Below, piece after piece: positions 9,186 to 18,393 of a stretch of DNA of 64,000 nucleotides (its first letter is position 1; each line of letters opens with the position of its first letter). A program made the position numbers and the translations under genes. A model generated the notes under the pieces. That model was not told the origin of the DNA. It worked only from the letters and a program-made list of their open reading frames with translations, and searched no databases. Source of the DNA: a virus; IMG/VR virus record IMGVR_UViG_3300046806_000356, positions 1-64,000 of that record. One strand, written 5' to 3'.

Positions 9186-9199
9186 GTATCAAATGTTAC
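9186..9199. promoter_or_regulatory. Putative NtcA-binding site
   Basis: GTA-TCAAATGT-TAC (GTA-N8-TAC) in A/T-rich flanks, just upstream of a glutamine riboswitch. Confidence 0.6.
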
Positions 9200-9223
9200 A
9201 AAGTTAATTAACTAAATAATCGA

Positions 9224-9279
9224 ACGTTCATTTGCTATTTGCGAATAGCAAACGGAAGTAGGAATACCGAAGGAACGCA
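9224..9279 (+). ncRNA. Glutamine (glnA-type) riboswitch
   Basis: CGTTC...hairpin TTTGCTATT/AATAGCAAA...CGGAAGTAGG-AATA-CCGAAGGAACG matches the glnA RNA consensus. Confidence 0.8.
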
Positions 9280-9310
9280 CCAATACCCACAAAGTAAAGG
9301 AGCACCTATT

Positions 9311-9409
9311 ATGAAAACAAAAAACAATTGGCAATTAGTTCTTATTAAAAATCAAAAAGAAAAAGAACAACGCAAACACCAAGCAAAACTTGCAATGGCA
9401 ATGCGATGA
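9311..9409 (+). CDS. 32-aa basic peptide under riboswitch control
   Basis: AAGGAG RBS at 9297; MKTKNNWQLVLIKNQKEKEQRKHQAKLAMAMR*. Confidence 0.7.
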   Translation: MKTKNNWQLVLIKNQKEKEQRKHQAKLAMAMR

Positions 9410-9415
9410 TATTCT

Positions 9416-9451
9416 GGGAGGGTTGACACCCTCCCTTTTTTTATGTAGAAT
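9416..9451 (+). terminator. Terminator hairpin overlapping a sigma70 promoter
   Basis: GGGAGGG-TTGACA-CCCTCCC-T7; TTGACA(9423)-17-TAGAAT(9446). Confidence 0.8.
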
Positions 9452-9472
9452 GAATTGAAAGAATTTTTATCT

Positions 9473-9631
9473 ATGGATAAGGAAAAAGTAAAACTGATTG
9501 TTCGTAATTTAGAACTTCTTGTCGATTCCCTGAAAGCAGAATTATATTCTGATGTTCAGACATATAAGTTTGATGATATCAAACCAAAAGACTTAGATTA
9601 CGACGAAATTTTTGAGGATGATGATGACTAA
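9473..9631 (+). CDS. Small cyanophage hypothetical protein
   Basis: MDKEKVKLIVRNLELLVDSLKAELYSD...DYDEIFEDDDD*. Confidence 0.7.
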   Translation: MDKEKVKLIVRNLELLVDSLKAELYSDVQTYKFDDIKPKDLDYDEIFEDDDD

Positions 9632-9791
9632 AAGAGCAAAACAATTGGTTAAGATGCTTGGAAAACTTACGAAGCAGGATCATTTATATTCTGATGAGCA
9701 ACTTAAGGAGATGAAAGCACGATTGCGAGTTGTAAAGGAAGAAATTGCACAAATTGAAGCACAAACATTCAAAGGATTTGGAAAGAAATGA
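9624..9791 (+). CDS. Small cyanophage hypothetical protein
   Basis: MTKRAKQLVK...HLYSDEQL...KGFGKK*, coupled to thyX. Confidence 0.65.
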   Translation: MTKRAKQLVKMLGKLTKQDHLYSDEQLKEMKARLRVVKEEIAQIEAQTFKGFGKK

Positions 9792-10423
9792 CTGTAAAAT
9801 TGATTAGTATTACTCCTAATGCTGAAACTACGATGGCATACATTGCCCGTGTCAGCAATCCAAATAATCAGGACAATCCCAACTATGCTGGACTTCTGAA
9901 GTATTGCATTAAGCACAATCACTGGAGTGTGTTCGAACAGGCAACTATGACACTGGAGATTGAGACTACTCGTGGTATTGCGGCACAAATTCTGCGTCAC
10001 CGTAGTTTCACATTCCAAGAGTTCTCTCAGAGGTATGCAGACACGAATCTGATTGCCAATGATATTCCTCTACCAGAACTTCGTAGACAGGACACAAAGA
10101 ACCGTCAGAACTCTACAGATGACCTTCCAGCAGACGTTACTGCTCAACTCTACTCTAAGATCCAAGATCACTTTGATGCTGCTCAGAACCTTTACAAGGA
10201 ACTCTTAGATGCAGAGGTCGCAAAGGAGTGTGCCAGGTTTGTATTGCCACTGGCAGTCCCCACAAGGATCTATATGACTGGCTCTTGCAGGTCGTGGATA
10301 CATTATATCAATTTGCGTTCTGCTCACGGAACTCAGAAAGAACATATGGTAATTGCAGAAGCATGTAAGAAGGTATTTGTCGAACAATTCCCAGCAGTCT
10401 CAGAAGCCCTTGAGTGGGTCTAA
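9788..10423 (+). CDS. thyX: FAD-dependent thymidylate synthase
   Basis: HWSVFE, RHRSFTFQEFSQRY signature. Confidence 0.97.
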   Translation: MTVKLISITPNAETTMAYIARVSNPNNQDNPNYAGLLKYCIKHNHWSVFEQATMTLEIETTRGIAAQILRHRSFTFQEFSQRYADTNLIANDIPLPELRRQDTKNRQNSTDDLPADVTAQLYSKIQDHFDAAQNLYKELLDAEVAKECARFVLPLAVPTRIYMTGSCRSWIHYINLRSAHGTQKEHMVIAEACKKVFVEQFPAVSEALEWV

Positions 10424-10448
10424 ATAACGATACACATTATTATAAACA

Positions 10449-10691
10449 ATGGCAATTTATCCGATTATTCATAAAGAAACTGGTGAGACGAAAGTGATTG
10501 AAATGAGTGTTCATGACATCACACAGTGGTATCAGGACAATCCCGAATGGCAAAGGGATTGGTCGCAAGGATGCGCCACACCGGGAGAAGTTGGTGAGTG
10601 GAAAGATAAACTCGTCGCAAAAAATCCTGGATGGAATGATGTTCTTGGTAAAGCAGCAAAAGCACCTGGTTCTCGTGTAAAGAAAATCTAA
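10449..10691 (+). CDS. T4-like phage hypothetical protein
   Basis: MAIYP...TGE...GWNDVL; upstream of phoH, TAAATA at 10421. Confidence 0.7.
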   Translation: MAIYPIIHKETGETKVIEMSVHDITQWYQDNPEWQRDWSQGCATPGEVGEWKDKLVAKNPGWNDVLGKAAKAPGSRVKKI

Positions 10692-11446
10692 TGGCAAGAA
10701 GAAAAAGGACGAATGATCAACCAATCGGTGTTGGTCTTACAACCCGTCAGATGAAAAGAAAAAAAGCACTTGGGAGTGAATATCTATTAGATATTGAACC
10801 CCTCACAGACAATCAAAGAAAACTTTTTGATGCATATGCCGAAGGTAAACATCTTGTGGCATATGGATGTGCAGGAACGGGTAAAACTTTTATCACTCTT
10901 TATAATGCTCTTTGCGAAGTTTTAGATGAAAGAACTCCTTATGAGAAAATTTATTTGGTTCGTTCCTTAGTTGCCACAAGGGAGATTGGTTTCCTTCCTG
11001 GTTCCTATGAGGATAAGTCAGACATCTACCAAATTCCTTATAAGAATATGGTGAAGTATATGTTTCAGATGCCTTCTGATGCTGAGTTTGAGATGCTCTA
11101 TGGCAATCTCAAGTCTCAGGAGACGATTAAGTTCTGGAGCACCTCATTCTTAAGAGGCACCACACTTGATAATTCAATTGTGATTGTAGATGAATTTCAA
11201 AACTGTACTGCACATGAACTTGATTCAATCATTACTCGTGTTGGTGAGAACTCTAAGATTATGTTTTGTGGAGATGCTTCTCAGTCCGATTTGCAAAAGA
11301 CTAATGAACGTAATGGAATTGTTGATTTTATGAATATCTTGCGTAAAATGCCATCTATTGATATAATAGAGTTTGGTGTCGATGATATTGTTCGTTCTGG
11401 ACTTGTCAAAGAATATATCCTTGCGAAAATAGAAGTAGGTCTTTAA
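10691..11446 (+). CDS. phoH: PhoH-family ATPase
   Basis: GCAGTGKT, IGFLPG, FLRGTT, DEFQN, GDxxQSD. Confidence 0.95.
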   Translation: MARRKRTNDQPIGVGLTTRQMKRKKALGSEYLLDIEPLTDNQRKLFDAYAEGKHLVAYGCAGTGKTFITLYNALCEVLDERTPYEKIYLVRSLVATREIGFLPGSYEDKSDIYQIPYKNMVKYMFQMPSDAEFEMLYGNLKSQETIKFWSTSFLRGTTLDNSIVIVDEFQNCTAHELDSIITRVGENSKIMFCGDASQSDLQKTNERNGIVDFMNILRKMPSIDIIEFGVDDIVRSGLVKEYILAKIEVGL

Positions 11447-12129
11447 TGTTCAATCATGTTGATGTGACACTCCCGAAACTTGATCGGGAGACTATAGATG
11501 GTATTCGATATTATAAAGTGCCTGATGATGAACAACTACTCAAACTAGTTTCAATCACTTCTATCACAAGTCATTTCAATAAAGAAATCTTTGTGAAATG
11601 GCGCAAGAAAGTTGGAGATGAGGAAGCAGACCGTATTACAAAACTTGCAACAAGTCGTGGTACGGATATGCATACTCTTACTGAGTATTTCCTAAAAAAT
11701 CATGATCTTCCTACGGATATTCTACCAATCTCAGAGTTTCTGTTTAATATTGCTAAATCAACTCTCAAGAATATTGATAATATTCACTCTCTTGAAGGTT
11801 CCCTATATAGTAAGCAATTAGGTATTGCAGGAACCGTTGATTGCATTGCCGAATATAATGGTGAATTAGCAATCATCGACTTTAAGACTTCCAAGAAACC
11901 CAAACCAAGAGATTGGATTGACCATTATTTTGTACAGTGCTGTGCTTATGCAGCAATGTTTTATGAACTGACTGAAATACCAGTCAAAAAATTTGTTATC
12001 ATTATGTCTTGTGAAAATGGAGAATGTGTAGTTTATGAAGAATACGACAAAGCAAAGTACCTTAAATTGCTCGTCCAATATATTAGAAAATTTGTTGGAG
12101 ATAAACTTGAGCAGTATGGAACCAAATAA
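11446..12129 (+). CDS. PD-(D/E)XK exonuclease (Cas4-like)
   Basis: RGTDMH, AGTVDCIAEY...IIDFKTS. Confidence 0.9.
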   Translation: MFNHVDVTLPKLDRETIDGIRYYKVPDDEQLLKLVSITSITSHFNKEIFVKWRKKVGDEEADRITKLATSRGTDMHTLTEYFLKNHDLPTDILPISEFLFNIAKSTLKNIDNIHSLEGSLYSKQLGIAGTVDCIAEYNGELAIIDFKTSKKPKPRDWIDHYFVQCCAYAAMFYELTEIPVKKFVIIMSCENGECVVYEEYDKAKYLKLLVQYIRKFVGDKLEQYGTK

Positions 12130-12376
12130 AGAATTAGAACAAGTTATAGAAAATAAGTTTCTTACACCATCTAAATTTGCTCTAGAAATAGAGAAAATTG
12201 TTGCTGAAGAAAATATGAACTACATCGATGCTATTTGTCACTATTGTGAGATTAATGGTCTTGAGGTAGATTCAATTGCAAAACTGATTTCAAAACCACT
12301 CAAAGAAAGACTAAAGTGGGATGCAACTCGTCTCAACTTTATGAAGAAAACTTCACGTGCAAAACTTCCTCTATGA
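12116..12376 (+). CDS. gp33: Late promoter transcription co-activator gp33
   Basis: YIDAICHYCE...LKERL...LNF; synteny with gp59 and gp32. Confidence 0.85.
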   Translation: MEPNKELEQVIENKFLTPSKFALEIEKIVAEENMNYIDAICHYCEINGLEVDSIAKLISKPLKERLKWDATRLNFMKKTSRAKLPL

Positions 12377-12963
12377 GTCCATTTGAATGCTATCAACATT
12401 ATCTCTCTCTTAAAAGTCATTTTACAAATCCAAAATACGATTTCTTTAAATATGGTGGGAAGTCAAGAGCAACTCTAACTTCCTTTAACAAACGTAAGGA
12501 TAAATATTTTTTTGAGAAAAGTTCAAGAAAATATTCTGATAAAGAAATTGTAGATTTTCTTGTATCAAGCTTTGTTGCCACAGACAACCCACAAAACATA
12601 TGGATTGGAGAAATTATAAATTCTGGCGAAAGAACATACACCGAGTGGATGAAACGACAGCAGAGTTTGACCTACTTGTTCAAAGAACAATCGGAAGAAT
12701 TACTATCGGAAATAAAATTAGAAGATGCTTTCAACTGCTCGAAAGGTCATCCACCAGTTCTAAAAAAATTCCTGGGTGGGAAGATTGGTATTGAAACCAT
12801 AGTCATTTATGATACAATCTTCCAGTTCGGAAATGTTTTTGATGAGAAACTTTCTGACCCTGTGTGGGAAACCGTAAGTTTAAAAATCAAGAAGTACAAA
12901 CCATTTCTAAATATTGATAAGTTTCAGTATAAAAAACTTCTACGGGAAATTGTAAATGAGTAA
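12373..12963 (+). CDS. gp59: Helicase loader gp59
   Basis: YLSLKSHFT...YDFFKYGGK...KRKDKYFFEK. Confidence 0.9.
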   Translation: MSPFECYQHYLSLKSHFTNPKYDFFKYGGKSRATLTSFNKRKDKYFFEKSSRKYSDKEIVDFLVSSFVATDNPQNIWIGEIINSGERTYTEWMKRQQSLTYLFKEQSEELLSEIKLEDAFNCSKGHPPVLKKFLGGKIGIETIVIYDTIFQFGNVFDEKLSDPVWETVSLKIKKYKPFLNIDKFQYKKLLREIVNE

Positions 12964-13288
12964 ATTCTTTGATTCTGAACTCATACAAGAAGAACTTGAG
13001 GAGATTAATGATCTTCAAAAGTTCATTTATGGTAGTATTTTATCATTCGGTTCAATGATCCGTGAAGATAAACTGGAACATATTGAAAAAATGACGTTGT
13101 TATTGGAAAAGCAACGCATTATGTACACAAGACTTTCTCTTTCTGATGACCCACAAGCGGTTGAGATGAAAGAGAATCTGAAAAAATCTGTGGTAATTAT
13201 GGGATTTCCTCCCGACACAGATATGAATTTACTTTTCAGTAGTATGAACAAAACGATTGAGTCTCTCAAGCAATTTCTTGACAACTGA
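12956..13288 (+). CDS. DUF1825-like cyanophage protein
   Basis: FFDSELIQEE...KQRIMYTRLSLSDDP. Confidence 0.75.
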   Translation: MSKFFDSELIQEELEEINDLQKFIYGSILSFGSMIREDKLEHIEKMTLLLEKQRIMYTRLSLSDDPQAVEMKENLKKSVVIMGFPPDTDMNLLFSSMNKTIESLKQFLDN

Positions 13289-13306
13289 GACCGTCCTTGC
13301 TATACT
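13278..13306 (+). promoter_or_regulatory. sigma70-type promoter for gp32
   Basis: TTGACA-17-TATACT. Confidence 0.75.
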
Positions 13307-13349
13307 ATCTAAGTAATCCAACAAATCCAAAACTATCCAAGGTATCTAA

Positions 13350-14264
13350 ATGTCCTTCTCAGATCTTAAAAAGCAATCTAAACTTGGTTCGCTGACTGCG
13401 AAACTGGTTAAAGAAGTAGAAAAAATGAATAATAACGCATCATCTGGTGATGATCGTCTCTGGAAACTCGAATGTGATAAAGCACAGAATGGTTATGCAA
13501 TCATTCGTTTCCTCCCAGCACCTGACGGTGAAGACCTGCCGTTTGTGAAACTGTATTCCCACGCATTCCAAGGTCCTGGTGGTTGGTTTATTGAGAACTC
13601 TCTCACCACTCTCAATCAGAAAGATCCTGTGTCAGAACTGAACTCTGAACTCTGGAACAATGGTACTGATGCTGGTAAAGAAGTTGCACGTAAGCAGAAA
13701 CGTAAACTGACTTATGTTGCCAACATCTATGTGGTCAAAGATCCTGCTAATCCTGCTAACGAAGGTAAAGTCTTCCTTTATAAGTTTGGTAAGAAAATCT
13801 TTGATAAGATCACTGCCGCAATGCAACCTGAATTTGAAGATGAGACTCCTATCGATCCGTTTGACTTCTGGCAGGGTGCTAACTTCAAACTGAAGGCAAA
13901 GAACGTTGCTGGTTATCGTAACTATGATTCCAGTGAGTTTGCCGCACAAGGTGCTCTGCTTGATGATGATGATGCAATGGAAGCAATCTGGAAGAAGCAG
14001 TATTCTCTTGCAGAACTCGTTGCTCCCGATCAGTTCAAGTCCTATGATGAACTGAAGAATCGTCTTGATTATGTTCTTGGTAACAAAGGAACTCGTCGTC
14101 AAGACCCTGAGGTTGCCGATGAGGAAGAGACTTCCCGTGGTCCGGTTCGTGACCTTGATGAAGATCTTCGTACCGAACTGAGTAATCTAAGTTCTTCTAA
14201 GTCTTCTTCTTACGATGAAGAGGATGATGATACTCTGAGTTACTTTGCAAAACTTGCCGAGTGA
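13350..14264 (+). CDS. gp32: Single-stranded DNA-binding protein gp32
   Basis: DDRLWK...NGYAIIRFLP...HAFQGPGGW...GANFKLK; acidic tail. Confidence 0.96.
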   Translation: MSFSDLKKQSKLGSLTAKLVKEVEKMNNNASSGDDRLWKLECDKAQNGYAIIRFLPAPDGEDLPFVKLYSHAFQGPGGWFIENSLTTLNQKDPVSELNSELWNNGTDAGKEVARKQKRKLTYVANIYVVKDPANPANEGKVFLYKFGKKIFDKITAAMQPEFEDETPIDPFDFWQGANFKLKAKNVAGYRNYDSSEFAAQGALLDDDDAMEAIWKKQYSLAELVAPDQFKSYDELKNRLDYVLGNKGTRRQDPEVADEEETSRGPVRDLDEDLRTELSNLSSSKSSSYDEEDDDTLSYFAKLAE

Positions 14265-14271
14265 TAAGATT

Positions 14272-14295
14272 GGGGAGGGAAACCTCCCCTTTTTT
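14272..14295. terminator. Terminator between convergent gp32 and gp53
   Basis: GGGGAGG-GAAA-CCTCCCC-T run. Confidence 0.8.
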
Positions 14296-14983
14296 ATGGC
14301 ATTGTGACTCTGGTGTTCTCGGTGCGAATTAATGACTCATCAATATATTGTGAAGAACGATCATAAATCATAATCTGTCTCATATCATTCAAGAATTGCT
14401 GTAGATATTGAGGTTTGAGAAGATAAATCGAAGACTTTTCGTTATTTTTTCTGACCTCATATTCATAATTCTCAATTGCCACAACAGGATTGCTGATTCT
14501 TGTTACATTTTCACCCAAAACAGTGGTATCATTTGTATAGTATTGGTCGTTGTCGTAATAATAAATTTTAAAATCTGAATCTACAATCTTTCCTGAAGGA
14601 AGAATTAGTTTCCCATCAGAATCTTTCACTTCGATGGTTTCATAGTGATGAACATCATTGAGTGATGTGCCATATAAGTTTTCTGCATATCTATAAAGAT
14701 CATGATTTGATAGGGGCCATTCGTTTCTGACGTTCAAGATTCCAGCAGTCATCAGAACAACCCAATCAAGTTCTGCATCACCATAGTATTCCTCTGCTAC
14801 GGTGTCTGGTCTTGCACCTTCGACAATCTCATACTTGTTGAAGATAGTAAAGATACCTTTAAGATCATCACGTAATTTATTTCTTCTGAATAAGTTTTTG
14901 ACTCTTAAGTAACTTTGCGACGAGATACTGTCGGAAAGAAATGATTGATAATCTAAATCTGGTAGTTCTCTGAAGTATCCCAT
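14294..14983 (-). CDS. gp53: Baseplate wedge protein gp53
   Basis: YFRELP...RPDTVAEEYYGD...WVVL...HHYET. Confidence 0.9.
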   Translation of the reverse strand: MGYFRELPDLDYQSFLSDSISSQSYLRVKNLFRRNKLRDDLKGIFTIFNKYEIVEGARPDTVAEEYYGDAELDWVVLMTAGILNVRNEWPLSNHDLYRYAENLYGTSLNDVHHYETIEVKDSDGKLILPSGKIVDSDFKIYYYDNDQYYTNDTTVLGENVTRISNPVVAIENYEYEVRKNNEKSSIYLLKPQYLQQFLNDMRQIMIYDRSSQYIDESLIRTENTRVTMP

Positions 14984-14984
14984 T

Positions 14985-15965
14985 TTAGAATCCTACTCCA
15001 TTATCAGAATCGGAATAGTCTCCATTATAAATCGGTTCAAGTTCTTTAAATCCAAGATCCATAACCATAGAGACTGGAGTTCCGCCCCCATCACTATTTG
15101 TTCCACCATAAGTTGCATATGTCCCTTCACCCGTATAATTTACTGATATATCTGTGAGAGCACAATCTTTAAACTTGTGTAAAAATGGATGGGGAGAATT
15201 GCCTTTCATATAGGTCAATTTGAAAATTTTTGGAGTGGTTAGATATAAATTTGTAATGGTAGATGCCTTTTCTTGATTAAATCCTTCATTTCCAAATCCA
15301 GGCGCCATACTTCTTTTTAATAAGTGTATAATTTCTTTAACTTTTTGTGCTTCTGTTTTATTCCTTGGAGTCATTTTGAATGAAAATTTAAAGGATCTTA
15401 AATTGACACCATCAAATAATAATTCCATATTTGGATTTAAAATATTGCCAGTTGTTCTTGCCAATAACTGAGATGGAGTTAAGTTTCCGCCAAAAGGAAT
15501 ATTAGCAGCTGCAGTTGCCAGAGATCTTAAAAAATACTCATGAGCACCAGGATCCAATGCAAGACTCGTTCCAGATCTTAACAAATTAGTTATTATTTGA
15601 GCTGGATCATCGTTTGGATCTTTAAATGCATCTTGAACTAAACCAAGAACTTGAGCAGTCAATCCATCTAAACTTCCTTCAGTAAATTTTACAGAATTTC
15701 CATCTTGAATATTGGATGGTATTGGTAATTTTATTGTATAATCAACTTTTTCAATTTTTTTTCTATTCCCCACTTTAAAAAATTGTCCCGCACCAAATGA
15801 AGTCTTTCCACCCGAATCGAAAACTCGCTTTCCTGCATTTTCGCCACCTGCTGCAGTTACACCAGATGCAGTATATTTTGCAATACCTATTTGTAAATAA
15901 TCTGTGGTAGGGTAGATAGCTTCATAAGGATATCTTAAATTTTGATATCTTGTATTATTAGCCAT
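14985..15965 (-). CDS. gp48: Baseplate tail-tube cap gp48
   Basis: NPNMELLFDGVNLRSFKFSFKMTPRN...CALTDISVNYT. Confidence 0.88.
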   Translation of the reverse strand: MANNTRYQNLRYPYEAIYPTTDYLQIGIAKYTASGVTAAGGENAGKRVFDSGGKTSFGAGQFFKVGNRKKIEKVDYTIKLPIPSNIQDGNSVKFTEGSLDGLTAQVLGLVQDAFKDPNDDPAQIITNLLRSGTSLALDPGAHEYFLRSLATAAANIPFGGNLTPSQLLARTTGNILNPNMELLFDGVNLRSFKFSFKMTPRNKTEAQKVKEIIHLLKRSMAPGFGNEGFNQEKASTITNLYLTTPKIFKLTYMKGNSPHPFLHKFKDCALTDISVNYTGEGTYATYGGTNSDGGGTPVSMVMDLGFKELEPIYNGDYSDSDNGVGF

Positions 15966-15978
15966 TTATTTTTTCTAA

Positions 15979-16389
15979 TTATTTAGAAGGATTTTCGAAA
16001 AGATCGGCATAAGATATTCTTTTCATATCCTCCAATTCTTCTTGTTGAACTTCATAAACATCACCAAGTATTTCATTCCAAGTATAACTACGAGATTCTC
16101 CCCAGTGAAAATTAATACCCTCAAATCCCCAACTAAAAACTTTTGTAACTCCAACCAATGGATAAGGATCATAACCCATACCAGAAGTTTTTGCTCTATA
16201 AGTAAAAGTATAGATGGCACCAGATCTTACACTACCTTTACCACTGGCAGACAGAGTTTCTTTAATTTTATTCATCATATCTCTTGGTTTTTCTAATCCA
16301 TTAATTTCATCAACTAATTCTCGAACACGATTTGTTTTATCGTTTGTTGGATTTTCTTCTCTTCTTTCTTTGAGTGTTTTTCTTGGCAT
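15979..16389 (-). CDS. Hypothetical protein, gp2 (DNA end protector)-like motif
   Basis: YDPYPLV...GFEGINFHW resembles gp2 core; located next to gp4. Confidence 0.55.
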   Translation of the reverse strand: MPRKTLKERREENPTNDKTNRVRELVDEINGLEKPRDMMNKIKETLSASGKGSVRSGAIYTFTYRAKTSGMGYDPYPLVGVTKVFSWGFEGINFHWGESRSYTWNEILGDVYEVQQEELEDMKRISYADLFENPSK

Positions 16390-16826
16390 TATTGAATACC
16401 TAATTCATTTTCTGTGAGTACTTTAAACTCATAACCATTATCAGTACACCATTCTCTTGCAGCTTCCCACTTTGCTTGATTCTTTGCATATTCTACAACT
16501 TCGTAAATATAACCTTTAGTTTTTCTTTTTTGAATTTTTGGTTCTTGTGTTTGTTTGAATGGTTTAATCTCAACAATATATTTTTTTATCTTTCCGTTTG
16601 ATTCTTGAACTTTAATATAAAAATCTGGAAAATATCTATGAATACGATTATCTACAGGGGATTTATAAGGTAGACACATCTCCTCACTTCCCCATTCTAA
16701 AATGTTTTTATTTGTATCACAATAAATCATGAATTTGCGTTCCCATAGAGAACGATAAATTATGTTTTGATAATCACCCCTATATTTGTTTGGGCAAGAA
16801 GGTTGAAATCTTCCTTTATATGACAT
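16389..16826 (-). CDS. gp4: Head completion nuclease gp4
   Basis: YRSLWERKFM...HRYFPDF...VEIKP...NQAKWEAA. Confidence 0.92.
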   Translation of the reverse strand: MSYKGRFQPSCPNKYRGDYQNIIYRSLWERKFMIYCDTNKNILEWGSEEMCLPYKSPVDNRIHRYFPDFYIKVQESNGKIKKYIVEIKPFKQTQEPKIQKRKTKGYIYEVVEYAKNQAKWEAAREWCTDNGYEFKVLTENELGIQ

Positions 16827-16866
16827 CTAAATACTTAATAATATAAGACTCGTATAAGGTATTTAG
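16827..16866. promoter_or_regulatory. Pair of opposed T4-type late promoters
   Basis: CTAAATA on + (16827-16833) and on - (16860-16866). Confidence 0.6.
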
Positions 16867-16867
16867 A

Positions 16868-17635
16868 GTGGCAAGTTCTCTTGTACAGAAAATTAATATG
16901 AGCAGAGCCAGAGAATTGGTGGGCAATCTGTCTCAGACGAATTATTATCTTGTAAATATTCCAATTATAAGTGACTTAAAAAAACATTATGAAACCAGTT
17001 ATCCTGGTGAAGATCTTTCCAATATTGATATATTTGCCAAAACTAAATTAGGGTTTCTTTGTTCTGAAGCAACATTGCCTACAACTTCTTATGCAACTGC
17101 AGAAGTTAAGGATAATTTTATGGGTATAACTCAAGAATTTGCTCATACCAGACTTTATACGGACATCGATTTAACATTTTATGTTGATGCTGATTATTCG
17201 ATATTGAGATTTTTTGAAGGATGGATGGATTATATTGCTGGTGGCAACAGTCCTTCATTGCTTGAACCAGCTGCCGCAACTGATCTTAGACGAAATATTT
17301 ACCGAAGATTTAATTTTCCAGATTCTTATAAAGTTGACAACATGACGATATCAAAATTTGAACGAGATTTTAAATATGAGTTAAACTATACTTTTGTAAA
17401 TGTTTTTCCAAAGGGGATTACTTCTCTTCCAGTTTCTTATGGATCCGCAGAATTATTAAAAGTAACAGTAACTTTTAATTTTGATCGTTATGTTGTAAGT
17501 CGAGATTTTACAAAAGAATTTGATATGGAAATTAGAAATAAAGCTCTTACAACTACAAAACCATTTAAAGATCCAAGAATACCTGGCACAGTAATTTATC
17601 CAGTATTTCAAGATCCAAACGAAGGACTGGCCTAA
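16868..17635 (+). CDS. Tail tube / tail-tube initiator (gp54/gp19-like)
   Basis: LCSEATLP...RLYTDIDLTFYVD...FFEGWMDYI...FPKGITS. Confidence 0.75.
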   Translation: MASSLVQKINMSRARELVGNLSQTNYYLVNIPIISDLKKHYETSYPGEDLSNIDIFAKTKLGFLCSEATLPTTSYATAEVKDNFMGITQEFAHTRLYTDIDLTFYVDADYSILRFFEGWMDYIAGGNSPSLLEPAAATDLRRNIYRRFNFPDSYKVDNMTISKFERDFKYELNYTFVNVFPKGITSLPVSYGSAELLKVTVTFNFDRYVVSRDFTKEFDMEIRNKALTTTKPFKDPRIPGTVIYPVFQDPNEGLA

Positions 17636-17668
17636 TAAATAATCAAAACTGAAGTTTTATAGGTCATT

Positions 17669-18391
17669 ATGCCTTTACCAAAGATTAATACCCCAACATA
17701 TGAGTTGGAATTGCCTTCGACTGGAAAGAAAATCAGATATAGGCCCTTTTTAGTCAGAGAAGAAAAAATCCTGATTATGGCACTCGAATCTGAGAACATG
17801 AAACAGATTACAGATGCCGTGGTTCAAATTCTATCAGATTGCATTCTTACAAAAACTGTGAAAGTAACAGATCTTTCGACATTTGATATTGAGTATTTGT
17901 TTCTCAATGTTCGTGCCAAGTCTGTTGGTGAAACCGTAGAGGTAAATGTAACCTGTCCAGATGATGGTGAGACAACTGTTCAGATGGAAATTGACATTGA
18001 TTCAATCAAGGTTCAGAAAAATAAAGATCATAAGAATATTATCAAACTTGATGACAATCTTTCGATGAAACTTAAGTATCCATCACTGGAGCAGTTTGTC
18101 GAGAATAATTTTGAAACCAGTGATAATGTGAGTGATGTAAGTAAGTCTCTGAGTATGATCACATCTTGTATTGACATAATTTATGATGCCGAAGAAAGTT
18201 GGAGTGCATCCGATTGTACGAAAAAAGAACTTGATGAATTTCTTGAGCAACTGAATACAAAGCAGTTTAAAGAAATTGAATCTTTCTTTATAACAATGCC
18301 GAAGTTGTCACATACAATTACTGTAAAAAATCCAAATACAAAAGTAGAATCTGAGGTTGTTCTGGAGGGCCTGGCAAGTTTTTTCAGTTGA
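17669..18391 (+). CDS. gp26: Baseplate hub / tail assembly chaperone gp26
   Basis: MPLPKINTPTYELELPSTG...RPFLVREEK...LEGLASFF. Confidence 0.9.
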   Translation: MPLPKINTPTYELELPSTGKKIRYRPFLVREEKILIMALESENMKQITDAVVQILSDCILTKTVKVTDLSTFDIEYLFLNVRAKSVGETVEVNVTCPDDGETTVQMEIDIDSIKVQKNKDHKNIIKLDDNLSMKLKYPSLEQFVENNFETSDNVSDVSKSLSMITSCIDIIYDAEESWSASDCTKKELDEFLEQLNTKQFKEIESFFITMPKLSHTITVKNPNTKVESEVVLEGLASFFS

Positions 18392-18393
18392 GT

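Noticed and set aside
11446-12129. Cas4-like gene as evidence of a CRISPR system
   Set aside because: Standard exonuclease of T4-like cyanophages between phoH and gp33
9788-14264. Introns or inteins in thyX, phoH, gp32
   Set aside because: ORFs are continuous and of normal length with no splicing motifs
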